A program made the position numbers and the translations under genes. The notes beneath the pieces are model-generated. The model was given only the letters and a program-made list of their open reading frames with translations. It did not search any database and was not told the origin of the DNA. A stretch of 64,000 nucleotides of DNA, taken from NCBI GenBank assembly GCA_963824495.1, contig CAWGPQ010000006.1, positions 32,001 to 96,000 on the forward strand. Reading direction: 5' to 3'. Within the stretch, counting starts at the first letter, position 1; every line of letters starts with the position of its first letter. This DNA is from an uncultured bacterium. Its GTDB lineage: Bacteria; Babelota; Babeliae; Babelales; Babelaceae. Below are positions 49,922-59,651 of this stretch, piece by piece.

Positions 49922-51730
49922 TCAGGGACTAGCTAATGATTTTTGGAAATTTTCACGTTGCTGCTCTGTATAGGTTAATGCTGCCGGCTGGATAATCTTA
50001 AACGACGCTTGGCAACCAGGTGCCATAAATCCTATGCCATGATACCAAAAGAGCATCTGGCTTTGATGAGGGTCCATAGTAGTCACTTGTGTGGTATAGA
50101 GCTGTTGCAGCTCATTGTCTATACGCTGAGCAAAAATAATTCCTATGGTCAGCAGATCATTAGTAATGGTAATGACAAATGACAAGGGATCTTTTCCAAG
50201 AGCCTGTAGTGTTTTTGGGTTAAGCATATAAAGTGCTTGCGTGGTGGGGTTTATAATAGTTGCTAATGCTGGTGTTACGGTCACGGTACCCTGTGCAGTT
50301 GTTATAGAACTCTGGCCAAATTTCAGCTCAACGCTTCTGTTGTTTTCAGTTCCAGAACCATACAAGCCTAAGAGTCGGTATTGGTACATGCGCTCAGAGC
50401 TTCCTGAAAGCCAACGTGCTTTATTGAAGAGTATTCCAGCAAAAAAAGATGGATTGGCGCTAATCAATGTAAGCTCTATTTCTATAGTATACGGATGAGT
50501 GCCTGTAATAAATTCAGTAAATATCGAATTTTGCATACCACGATAAAGAGCATCGGCAGTTGTGGCAGCTTCCCAGGGGATACGTTTACGTTGCACAAAG
50601 CTACCTGTTGCCGCATCATATTCCCAATCGCCTGGACCTTGATAAAGATTATACCACGTAAAAGGTGACGCTGGTGTCAGCATAGACGATGCTTTGAAGA
50701 CTTGATCATATATAACAGGATTGCTTACATAGGTGCTTTGAGGCAGATCAAGATTAATAGAACGAGAAAGATACGTAATTTCTTGATTAAGTTGTGTAGT
50801 TGCTGCGGTTATCTGTGAACTGAGATACTGAAGCTTTTGTAAATAGGCCGTGCTTTGCGTAGTAATAAGCACTTTGCTGCTTTGGGCAAGTTGAGTTTGG
50901 AATGTGCTAAAGCTTTGTTGGAGTGATATCAGATCTTGCTTAATTTGATTATACTCTTTTTTGTCTTCTGCACTAAAAAGTGACTCTGCAAAGCTTTCGC
51001 CGGTAAATACTGACATTTGAAGTGCTAGGTCTACCAGTGTTTCTAAGAATTGGATACGAGGGCGCTGAGTTGCCAGCTGAGCGTAACTCAGCACATGTTG
51101 TTGCTCTACTGGGTCACGCCATGTTGCCATAAGTTCAGGTAATGGTGTGATAGTTTGGGCGATAAAAAATGTACGTGCTTGTGCGTAATCAGTAAGTATA
51201 TCTGATTGCTCAATCTCATAATACTCGAGGAGAAGATGTGCTAAAGCAGATACTCTGTGAGCACGTGAAGCTGGAAGCTGAATCTTTTGTAAAAAGCTCA
51301 AGTGTCGTTGAGCAGTACGAGCACAAAATTGTCTTAGATATTTTCTATAATGGTCAAGTAGTTCTTTCTTATAAACGTGCTCTAAACTTTGGAGGGTGTG
51401 CTGCTCCGTTTTGCGCTCCAACTCATGTGTCATAGCAGCGTGCTTTTGATTAATCGCACGGTAAACAGCTTGAGCAGCTCGACACTGTTCTTGGTCAGAG
51501 CTTGTCAAAAGAAGATATATAAGCTCTTGTATTGTTGTAAGGCTAGTTGCTGATACATGAAGGCCTGATTGCTCAAAGATTTTTATTGTTTGGGCTTGAG
51601 CTTGAAGTTCAAGTTTTTTATCATATTTTTTATCATATTTTTTATCATGAGCTGGCGCCCCCCGAAGATCAATAATAATGGTTATTATAACCATAACACA
51701 AGGGGATATATACGTTATAGCGTAGTTCAT
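49922..51730 (-). CDS. Secreted hypothetical protein (602 aa): coiled coil plus beta-rich C-terminal domain
   Basis: Hydrophobic N-terminus; Gln-rich heptads; GDWEYD, FFAGILFN, GIGF. Confidence 0.8.
   Translation of the reverse strand: MNYAITYISPCVMVIITIIIDLRGAPAHDKKYDKKYDKKLELQAQAQTIKIFEQSGLHVSATSLTTIQELIYLLLTSSDQEQCRAAQAVYRAINQKHAAMTHELERKTEQHTLQSLEHVYKKELLDHYRKYLRQFCARTAQRHLSFLQKIQLPASRAHRVSALAHLLLEYYEIEQSDILTDYAQARTFFIAQTITPLPELMATWRDPVEQQHVLSYAQLATQRPRIQFLETLVDLALQMSVFTGESFAESLFSAEDKKEYNQIKQDLISLQQSFSTFQTQLAQSSKVLITTQSTAYLQKLQYLSSQITAATTQLNQEITYLSRSINLDLPQSTYVSNPVIYDQVFKASSMLTPASPFTWYNLYQGPGDWEYDAATGSFVQRKRIPWEAATTADALYRGMQNSIFTEFITGTHPYTIEIELTLISANPSFFAGILFNKARWLSGSSERMYQYRLLGLYGSGTENNRSVELKFGQSSITTAQGTVTVTPALATIINPTTQALYMLNPKTLQALGKDPLSFVITITNDLLTIGIIFAQRIDNELQQLYTTQVTTMDPHQSQMLFWYHGIGFMAPGCQASFKIIQPAALTYTEQQRENFQKSLASP
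51614..51649 (+). repeat. In-frame 12-bp tandem repeat x3 (DKKY)
   Basis: TTTTTTATCATA x2 + TTTTTTATCATG. Confidence 0.9.
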
Positions 51731-53340
51731 GGTGTAGTACTAGGTTGGTTTTCAAGTTGCTCAAGTGCTTGTTGTTCTTGAAATTGATCGGGCTCCAATT
51801 GTGGCTGACTAGCAGCTAAAGGCTGTACGGGCTGTTGCTGAAATAGATTGTTATCTTGAACAAATTCTTGCTGTGCTTGCTTAATTAAAGCAGTATAATC
51901 ACTGCATTGTTGAGAGCTTAGTGTGCCAATTTTGCTTCCCGTAACTTGAGTAATAAGATTTTCAAGACAAGGATCTAGGATGCCAAGACCTAGTATTTGA
52001 GTAAAATCTCCTAAGCATGCTCGTAAGATTTGTAGTATGCCTGCTCGTGTATTGAGCCAATCAGGTTGCACGGCAACCTCTTGCTCATAGAGATTGTTAT
52101 GAGTAGGAATATTAACGCAGAGCTTTACAGCTTGTGCTTGATTTTGTGTTATGGAGCCCTGAGCATCTTTAAAATAAGCGATAGGGTAGCCTAGTGAAGC
52201 ATGTTGTTTAGTTACCGCTTGTGTGCCTGCTTGAGCAAGTTTGATAAGATGGGCAGGCCAGCCAATTGATCGTACCCCCTTTGGCAACTCCGTGGCCGCT
52301 TGAAGTATACTATTCAGTGCCTGTAAGCTTTCTGGCGTATAAGAAAAGAGTGATGGGGTAACCCGCTTGTAGCCTCGTAATTGACTAACGGCAGTTTGTA
52401 TGTCTTCCAGGGTCTTTGGTGGCTGTTGTGCTAAAGCTTGCGATCGCTTAATGCTCGGATTGTTTGCCAGTACCCGAGCAACAGATTGTGCATAGGTGGC
52501 GAACTGGCTTTGACCAGGAATTTGACTAGCACTATCAAGATAGCTTGTATACGCAGAAAAGAAAGTAAGATATGCCTGAAGTGCAGAACGATATGTTGTC
52601 TGAGCTGCTTGAACTACTTTATGTATAGTTTGTTGCTCTGGAGTAGCTGGTGTGTCACCCGAGAAAAATTGTTCTTCTTGGTTTTCAAGCAAGAAATTAA
52701 TATCAGCGCCATAATCGTGGCTTATAAGAATATTACCGGTAGAAAGTGTTAGCTGAGGTGGTAATAGAGGAAAATAGGTTTGAATTGCTTGATGTAATTG
52801 TGCTTGAACAATGGTTAAAAGGTGCTGAAGTATATATGCTTTTTTATTAAGAGCATACATGGCTTCAGTTTCTAAATGGGCCAGAGGCGTATCGGTATGT
52901 GTCAGATTAAATGTGGTGTAAATGCTTACCAAGTAATAAAAAAGATCATGGAGAGCAAAAAACTGTACTTTACGCACATAAGCAACTGCTTGAGGGGCTT
53001 TTTGTAGGCTTGCCAAGAGTCCATTGAAACTTGCGGCAAGGGCAGCATTATCGAAAAGCTCGCTTCCCGATGGATGATTGACATAGAGATGGGAGTTCAG
53101 TGTAAAGCTTACGGTAGCTCGTTGAGTTCCTAAATTCCAAGCAAAAGGCATACGGTTTTTATTATGAGCATTAGGCTTTATGAGTCGTGAGCCATCGGGG
53201 GTTACATAGCGTACTGCATATTGCGCAGGCGTTAAGTTGAGCGCTGGGGCTACAGATGCTTGCTGGCTTACTGCTTGGCCTATGATAAGATGTGTGATAA
53301 GACTGAAACTAACTAAGCTGCTCCTTTGTACCCACCGCAT
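51727..53340 (-). CDS. Secreted hypothetical protein (537 aa), first gene of the three-gene operon
   Basis: Signal peptide, AAGGAA SD; ATGA overlap with the next gene. Confidence 0.8.
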   Translation of the reverse strand: MRWVQRSSLVSFSLITHLIIGQAVSQQASVAPALNLTPAQYAVRYVTPDGSRLIKPNAHNKNRMPFAWNLGTQRATVSFTLNSHLYVNHPSGSELFDNAALAASFNGLLASLQKAPQAVAYVRKVQFFALHDLFYYLVSIYTTFNLTHTDTPLAHLETEAMYALNKKAYILQHLLTIVQAQLHQAIQTYFPLLPPQLTLSTGNILISHDYGADINFLLENQEEQFFSGDTPATPEQQTIHKVVQAAQTTYRSALQAYLTFFSAYTSYLDSASQIPGQSQFATYAQSVARVLANNPSIKRSQALAQQPPKTLEDIQTAVSQLRGYKRVTPSLFSYTPESLQALNSILQAATELPKGVRSIGWPAHLIKLAQAGTQAVTKQHASLGYPIAYFKDAQGSITQNQAQAVKLCVNIPTHNNLYEQEVAVQPDWLNTRAGILQILRACLGDFTQILGLGILDPCLENLITQVTGSKIGTLSSQQCSDYTALIKQAQQEFVQDNNLFQQQPVQPLAASQPQLEPDQFQEQQALEQLENQPSTTP

Positions 53341-53350
53341 ACTGTTCCTT

Positions 53351-53402
53351 ATATCGTACTGGTTGACACACGCGAGACAAGACTCATGTACCAGTACGAT
53401 AT
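53351..53402 (-). promoter_or_regulatory. Perfect 13-bp inverted repeat abutting the SD of the operon
   Basis: ATATCGTACTGGT (53351-53363) / ACCAGTACGATAT (53390-53402), 26-nt spacer. Confidence 0.7.
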
Positions 53403-53531
53403 GATGTTGATTAAGAGAAAATCAAGAGTTTTGTGAAACTCACATGGGTTAAGCTATAGAAAAAATTTACGATATTCTTAAAAAACGGTATAGTTTCTTT
53501 AATCACATTAAAAACAACAATTTTTAAGTAT

Positions 53532-54749
53532 ATGAGAGTGCGCATGCTTTTTCGTTCTAAATTACTTTTGGCAATCCCTCTTTTCGGCATTTTTCTTTGG
53601 TTTGGTCTTACGGCATACACCTTCTTTTTTGATACTGATAGTCCTGACCTGGCTATTCTGGGAATCGGGGATAATGGATGTTATGCAGGTGAGGTTCAGT
53701 GTAAAGTGACAGGCAGTGATAACTATAAAGTTGCCTCTATATCGATCTCGCTTGATGACACACCATTGGTAACTCGTTATAAAATTAATCACAGCACTTT
53801 TGAGCACGCATTTCCTCTTGTTACTCATGCACTTGCGCATGGCAACCACATTCTTAAAATAAGTGCGCGCGATGCCTCATGGCGTAAAAATGAAAGAGTA
53901 ACGACGTTACATTTTGCTGTCGATAACGTTCCTTTACAAGCTGCCTTTGTTAAAGCTGACGGTGACAGTAAAGTTTTTCAAGGCCGTACGGTGCATCTTC
54001 AATTTCAGGTTAATAAAGATATAGAAAAAGCTGAAGTTAAAGTTCTCTCAACGACTTACAGGGCGGTACCAGAAGCACCTGACTCGCTTATCTATGAGTG
54101 CTTTATTCCTGTAAAATGCGATGAGATACCTAATGAGTATCCTGTAACCATCGACATTGTTGATCGTGTTGGGACACGGGTAACACTTGATACTAAACTC
54201 CATGTAGTTATGTATCCCTTCAAGAAGCAAAGCTTAGTGTTAAATAAAGAAAAAATTAAAGCAGAAAATGAGCTCGGTTTACCTGAGCGAGCGTTGGAGC
54301 AGGCTATACAGGAAGCAACACAGAAATCACCCCCTACTAAATTATGGCAAGGGTATTTTTATGTGCCTCTTGACATGAAAGGAATATCAACTGAATTCGG
54401 TACTATACGCACAACGCAAGAACGGGGAAGGTACCCACATAATGCGCTTGATCTTATAGCAGCACCTCATAGTGTTGTTTGGGCTCCACAAAATGGCATA
54501 ATTGTTATTAAAGAGCGTTACGCTCATAGTGGCCTTACTATCGGTATCGATCACGGTTTGGGTGTCATTACTCTATTCTTCCATCTAGAGAGTTTTGCTG
54601 ATATTAATGTGGGTGATCTGGTTAAAAAGGGCAATCCTGTAGGAAATATGGGCAGCACAGGATATGCAAGTGGCGATCACTTGCATTGGGAGATGCGTGT
54701 TAATACACTACAAGTAGATCCTATGCAATGGACTAAGCAGGACTTTTAA
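53532..54749 (+). CDS. M23-family metallopeptidase (peptidoglycan hydrolase) with N-terminal TM and Ig-like domains
   Basis: HNALD (HxxxD), GDLVKKG..G.MGSTG, HLH. Confidence 0.92.
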   Translation: MRVRMLFRSKLLLAIPLFGIFLWFGLTAYTFFFDTDSPDLAILGIGDNGCYAGEVQCKVTGSDNYKVASISISLDDTPLVTRYKINHSTFEHAFPLVTHALAHGNHILKISARDASWRKNERVTTLHFAVDNVPLQAAFVKADGDSKVFQGRTVHLQFQVNKDIEKAEVKVLSTTYRAVPEAPDSLIYECFIPVKCDEIPNEYPVTIDIVDRVGTRVTLDTKLHVVMYPFKKQSLVLNKEKIKAENELGLPERALEQAIQEATQKSPPTKLWQGYFYVPLDMKGISTEFGTIRTTQERGRYPHNALDLIAAPHSVVWAPQNGIIVIKERYAHSGLTIGIDHGLGVITLFFHLESFADINVGDLVKKGNPVGNMGSTGYASGDHLHWEMRVNTLQVDPMQWTKQDF

Positions 54750-54766
54750 TACAGGATTTTTGATAT

Positions 54767-55345
54767 ATGAATTATTTTATACCACGAGGTAGCAAGACGT
54801 ATTATCGCCTTATACAATGGTCTGCGGTTGCACGCTATGGCCTGACACTCTGTATCGTGGTATGTCTTATCGTTAGTTGGCGGTTTTTGTGCTACGGGAC
54901 AGTCCAGCAGTATATCGGTACCTATCAAAAAAATAATAATGAAACCGAACTTCTTAAAAAACTAACAGATACTAAAAAAGCAGCATGTGAACGTGAGCTT
55001 CAGCACTATCAGAGCACTATTAATGAACTTATGCGTGAGCTGAATCAGCTTCATAGTCAATCGGCTTCTAGTAAGCTTGATTTTTTAAAAAGTATAGTAT
55101 CGCTTATTGCTACGGCAGGGCTAAAGCTCGAGTATTATGGTATTGAGCAAGAAGATACAAAGAAAACACATATACGGCTATCGCTACGTATAGCATGTAC
55201 GGGAAGCTTTGAGGCCATCATGACGTTTTTTGCCGCCTTGACTAAAAGCACCTGCTTACTTGCCTGGCGCCAGTATGAATTGACACGTGTGGATGATACG
55301 CTTGTCGCCTGTGCTGGCCTTCTTGATGTTTTTGTACTTAAGTAA
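54767..55345 (+). CDS. PilO/GspM-like protein
   Basis: N-terminal TM, coiled coil, then ferredoxin-like pattern TGSFEAIMTFF. Confidence 0.55.
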   Translation: MNYFIPRGSKTYYRLIQWSAVARYGLTLCIVVCLIVSWRFLCYGTVQQYIGTYQKNNNETELLKKLTDTKKAACERELQHYQSTINELMRELNQLHSQSASSKLDFLKSIVSLIATAGLKLEYYGIEQEDTKKTHIRLSLRIACTGSFEAIMTFFAALTKSTCLLAWRQYELTRVDDTLVACAGLLDVFVLK

Positions 55346-55358
55346 GAGAGGTGCCTCT

Positions 55359-55592
55359 ATGCTCTATGTTCCTCTTATACTTTTCTGCTCATGTGCTTTT
55401 TTTGAGGTTGCAGCTTTGCGTAACCCCTTTTGCTATAATTACGATCATTACGATTATGATGCTGTACTTGCCACGGGCAGGATACTTGATGCAGATCTCT
55501 GCATTAATCTTGTACGTACAGGAAATAAAACCAAAGTTATTACAGAAAAAAAGGCCCTTCAACTTAAAAAAGCTGAAGGGTTAGGGGGGTGA
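55359..55592 (+). CDS. Small exported protein, PilP-like RNPF motif
   Basis: GAGG SD, MLYVPLILFCSC..LRNPF; follows the PilO-like gene. Confidence 0.4.
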   Translation: MLYVPLILFCSCAFFEVAALRNPFCYNYDHYDYDAVLATGRILDADLCINLVRTGNKTKVITEKKALQLKKAEGLGG

Positions 55593-55760
55593 ACAATACA
55601 TGAACGTATTGTTCGTTTAGGGACGATTTTGCTTAATGCTTGTGATGCATCCTATCAGTCAAAGTAGTGCTTGTCAAGCACACCGATGCCTATGGTACTA
55701 ATGACAAATACTGGTATACTTAAAGTTATTAACATATTGTTCTTATGAGCTACTATACTG

Positions 55761-57377
55761 ATGCTTTATCTTTCTATTATTGTTACTATTATCTTATCAT
55801 TGTGCTCAACCGCTATACTCAGTTATATTTCTCTTGCAGTTCCTATTGGGCCATGGATAGAACCCACCATTGTTCTTATTGCCATGCTTATGCTTGGTCT
55901 TTTAATGCGTAATGTTTCCCTGCATGCTCGTTCACATGCTTTAACCCTTGTTACCGCTGGTGCATCGATTGGTGGTATCTTAGCAACAGGCTGTGGGTTT
56001 GCGTTTCCTACCCTTTACTTTCTTGATCAAGAATTCTTTACCAAATGGCTACAGTCGCCCTTATATTTTATGTCGATTATGACCGGTATTTCATTGACAG
56101 CTGGATCATTGGGACTTGTATTAGCAAACGCCTGCGAACATTATCTGCTTGACTCACAGGGCATGTCGTTTCCTATAGGACAACTTGCTCACAAAATGAT
56201 AGGTGCTCAAAATCAGCTCCGTAAGTCGCGCGAATTGGCTTTAGGCTTTATCGTGAGCGCTGCCTATAGTGTGCTTCAGGCCATAAGTGGTTTTATTCCT
56301 GCATCGATTACGATGGGCACCACTCATTCATGGGGTCTCATTACGATTCCCTCTCTTAAGCTACCACTAGCATATATTCCCATGCTGTGGTCAATAGGTT
56401 TTGTTACAGGTCATGTTATAGCGATTCCCTTAGCGGTAGGAATATTCTCAAAGCTTGTGATAATTAACCCTTTAAGCACAGCGTATTTTTCTCATATAAA
56501 GCCTGAAGAGTTTTTATTAGCATTTTGTAGTGGCTTGATTGCGTATGGCGCACTCTTAAGTTTCTTTGAGCTACCAAAATTTCTTATAGCTTTTATTAAA
56601 AATAAGAGCAAACAGGGAACTGATTATTCGCTCAAGAATCTCCAAAGTCGATTACCTACTTCTTTTGTATTTCTAGAATGGCTGTTAGTGCTAACCAGTA
56701 CCTGTGCCGTTCTTTATTATTTTAACTTCAGTGTCATTGCTCAGCTGTATATCATTATTTTTACCCTTATCTGTGCGTATCAATTACTGGTTATTGGCGG
56801 CAAGATTGGTTTGGCTCCCATGGGCAAGTTTGCTACATTCGTTATGCTTCCTGGCATTTTCTTATTTGGCTTTAATGCTGTTCAGGCAACATTTGTTGCA
56901 ACGTTTGTTGAAATTTGCGGTGGCGTGGCGGTTGATGTTCTTTTTGGCCGCAAAATGGCGCGCTTAGCAGGGGTAGAGCCTACTACCGTAATGCTCTTTC
57001 AGTGGCTTGGGGTTTTTATAAGCTCGTTGGCCGTAGGAGGCATCTTTTGGATCTTGATAACTCATTTTGGGCTTGGCTCTGAGCATTTGGTTGCACAACG
57101 TGCTCAAAGTCGGGCTTTATTGATTAATGCACAATCATTTGATTTTTTTGCTGTGCTTGCAGGAGCTCTCTTCGGAGCTCTATTAAAAGATCTACACGTT
57201 AACCCCATGCTGGTTTTAGGTGGCGTCTTAATGCCGCTTGAATGGTCGCTTATCTTAATGCTGAGTGGTCTATCAACCTATCTCGTTAACGATAGAGAAA
57301 GCCAGTATCCGTTATGGTCAGGTGTATTTGCTGCTAATTCTCTTTGGATGCTTGTTAAAGCACTGCTTAAGTATTAG
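55761..57377 (+). CDS. OPT-family (oligopeptide transporter-like) membrane protein
   Basis: Many TMs; FAFPTL, FPIG, APMG..AT, AQ.A.SRA patterns. Confidence 0.7.
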   Translation: MLYLSIIVTIILSLCSTAILSYISLAVPIGPWIEPTIVLIAMLMLGLLMRNVSLHARSHALTLVTAGASIGGILATGCGFAFPTLYFLDQEFFTKWLQSPLYFMSIMTGISLTAGSLGLVLANACEHYLLDSQGMSFPIGQLAHKMIGAQNQLRKSRELALGFIVSAAYSVLQAISGFIPASITMGTTHSWGLITIPSLKLPLAYIPMLWSIGFVTGHVIAIPLAVGIFSKLVIINPLSTAYFSHIKPEEFLLAFCSGLIAYGALLSFFELPKFLIAFIKNKSKQGTDYSLKNLQSRLPTSFVFLEWLLVLTSTCAVLYYFNFSVIAQLYIIIFTLICAYQLLVIGGKIGLAPMGKFATFVMLPGIFLFGFNAVQATFVATFVEICGGVAVDVLFGRKMARLAGVEPTTVMLFQWLGVFISSLAVGGIFWILITHFGLGSEHLVAQRAQSRALLINAQSFDFFAVLAGALFGALLKDLHVNPMLVLGGVLMPLEWSLILMLSGLSTYLVNDRESQYPLWSGVFAANSLWMLVKALLKY

Positions 57378-57398
57378 TTACTTAAAGCTTATGTGCTA

Positions 57399-58007
57399 TC
57401 ACTCACTATGCGATGTTCTGTTGTGCTCGAGCAAGAGCTCCGCTATATCTGACTGTTCAATACTTAAAGCTAAAGCACGAGCATCTTGGTTATTTCTATT
57501 TCTTACATCTGTTCGAGCCCCTGGGCGGAGCAGAAACTCAACAGCAGTTGCTTGATCAAAACGAGCTGCAATCATCAACGCTGTATTACCATGTTCATCT
57601 TCAGCGTTAATATTTATCCCTTCAGCAAGCAGAGCTTGTAGCGCTTCGATATTGCCCTCTGACGCTCGTATAATAAAATTACGTTCTTTGGCTTGTTTCT
57701 CTTGTTTCTCTTGGTTTAGGCATGACTCAGGGTCTTGTGACTGCTCAAGGGCATGTTGCTTGGTAACTTTGGCGAGTGCTTGAGCTTGTAAGCTAGCAAC
57801 AGAATAGAACGTAGTAATACCAGTATTATTATTATTGTTATTATCAGCATTCATAGCGTGCAAAGTGCTACCAGAATATAATACTATGCATGTAAAAGAA
57901 GAAAGAATATTTTTAACCACTATCCTAACGCCCTTGGGTTGGCTGTAATTAACCAGGTTTAATTGTAAGCACATAATGTATAGTACGTTTTTTAGTAGTA
58001 ATATCAA
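57399..58007 (-). CDS. Ankyrin-repeat protein with signal peptide and poly-Asn tract (true start probably ~57920)
   Basis: ASEGNIEALQALLAEGININAEDEHGNTALMIAA..VEFLL..GA; LHAMNADNNNNNN. Confidence 0.88.
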   Translation of the reverse strand: MILLLKNVLYIMCLQLNLVNYSQPKGVRIVVKNILSSFTCIVLYSGSTLHAMNADNNNNNNTGITTFYSVASLQAQALAKVTKQHALEQSQDPESCLNQEKQEKQAKERNFIIRASEGNIEALQALLAEGININAEDEHGNTALMIAARFDQATAVEFLLRPGARTDVRNRNNQDARALALSIEQSDIAELLLEHNRTSHSE

Positions 58008-58081
58008 GCAGATACGTATAGAGTACTCAAGTACTTCTATGCTATACTTTATTGAAGTGGTTAAAATGTAGGCGCTGCTAA

Positions 58082-59026
58082 TTGTCTGTGCTTAAATATG
58101 AGCTATCAAGTAGGTGTAGCGTGAATCAACCTTTTTCTCTTCATGAGCTGCAGGATTTACCAAGGGTGACCCAAAAACCCTCATATGTTAAAGCAATCGA
58201 TGGGATTAATCTTGCCTATTACTCGTTCATGCCCGAATCCATATCGCCTTCTGCACTCGTAATTTTGTATCATGGCGGAGGCCTTTACGGCAACAACGCA
58301 TATCAATGGATTGGTTCTGCATTAAGGGCATATGCTATTGGCACCTATGTAGTTGACATACGTGGACATGGAAATTCGGAGGGCCTTGCTCGTGGTGACG
58401 CTCCAAGCGTTGAGCACGTATGGCGTGACATAGATACACTACTTAAACTGGTTGCAGATAAGCATCCTGGCGTACCGGTATATCTTGTTGGCCATTCTTC
58501 CGGTGCTGGATTGCTTGTTAATTATAACGCATGGAAGAAAGAAGTGCATGTACATGGCTATATTTTTCTTGCACCTTATTTTGGACCACTCTCTGAAACA
58601 TTACAGCAACACACTGATCCTCAACGAAACTTTGTGAAAAAGGTCAAAACGTGGATATTTATTCTGAATGCCATTACCAGTAAAAGCTTGTTTACGCATA
58701 TACCCGCAGTATTTTTTAATCATCCCAATAATCTTGTTTGTTCTGATCCATTAGTCGTGCCTTATTATACTTACACGATGTCATGCGCAGTGACGCCGTA
58801 TCGTGCTCGAGAGCTCTTCGCGCAGCTTAGCCGACCCTTTGCGCTCTATATCGGTGATAAAGATGAACAATTTGTACTTGAGAAAGTTATAGCATTTAAA
58901 GAGTGTGCCACGAAAGTACGTGATTGCTCTATGGCTGAAATTGTACCTGACGCACAACATCTTTCTATTTTGCTGAATTCTCCACAACTTATTGCTAAGG
59001 CTATCGATCAGATAAAAATACTTTAA
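58082..59026 (+). CDS. Alpha/beta hydrolase (lysophospholipase-like)
   Basis: YHGGG, DIRGHGNS, GHSSG nucleophile elbow, GDKDE, H. Confidence 0.9.
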   Translation: MSVLKYELSSRCSVNQPFSLHELQDLPRVTQKPSYVKAIDGINLAYYSFMPESISPSALVILYHGGGLYGNNAYQWIGSALRAYAIGTYVVDIRGHGNSEGLARGDAPSVEHVWRDIDTLLKLVADKHPGVPVYLVGHSSGAGLLVNYNAWKKEVHVHGYIFLAPYFGPLSETLQQHTDPQRNFVKKVKTWIFILNAITSKSLFTHIPAVFFNHPNNLVCSDPLVVPYYTYTMSCAVTPYRARELFAQLSRPFALYIGDKDEQFVLEKVIAFKECATKVRDCSMAEIVPDAQHLSILLNSPQLIAKAIDQIKIL

Positions 59027-59071
59027 GCACGAGCTTATTTGTTCTCGCCTAAAGCTGCGTCGACACACGTG

Positions 59072-59441
59072 TCAAATAATTTGGCTTAAAGATTGACCTT
59101 GTTTTTGTGCTTGTCGGGCAAGAGTGTAGTGTCTTCTGCTAAAAAATTTGTGTATTTTATGCTTAAACGCCCTCTCTAAGTATGGCCTGATACATTCCGG
59201 AGGGACTCTATTAACGTCGACGAGATCAATTTTTTGTGACATTGGTAGTGCATCAAGGAGTAGTGCGGGAAGCTGAAGCTCTTGAAGGGTAAGACGGCGT
59301 CCAGCATCGATTGGCAATATCAATATCGGATCCAGGTTTATTAGTGCCACGGGCATAAGAGCCAAAGAGATAGACTTTTGCATGAGGAAAAAATATCTCA
59401 ATAATCTTTATCATGCCATCTTTATACTTTATTTCATCCAT
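59072..59441 (-). pseudogene. Minimal nucleotidyltransferase (MNT) with frameshift, no HEPN partner
   Basis: VYLFGSYARG..SDIDIA then one extra base; continues IDAG..KIDLVD in another frame. Confidence 0.85.
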
Positions 59442-59651
59442 AGTGTCTATTCCTGATTGAACGTGTCTATATTAATTTATACTAGTATAACAAAATATTC
59501 ACTGTTAGTGTATGGTTGGTTTTTGGCGGAGAGACAAGAGGTTGGTGTGTCCGGGGCCTATAACAAACTATTTACTAAGCTGGCACAATTGGCTCAGAAT
59601 AGATTATATCTCCTGTCTTGGGTGAATATAGTTCTAAACAAGGGCAATCAA

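Noticed and set aside
45678..53340. Prophage or tail-fibre module
   Set aside because: No phage hallmark genes; the proteins carry signal peptides
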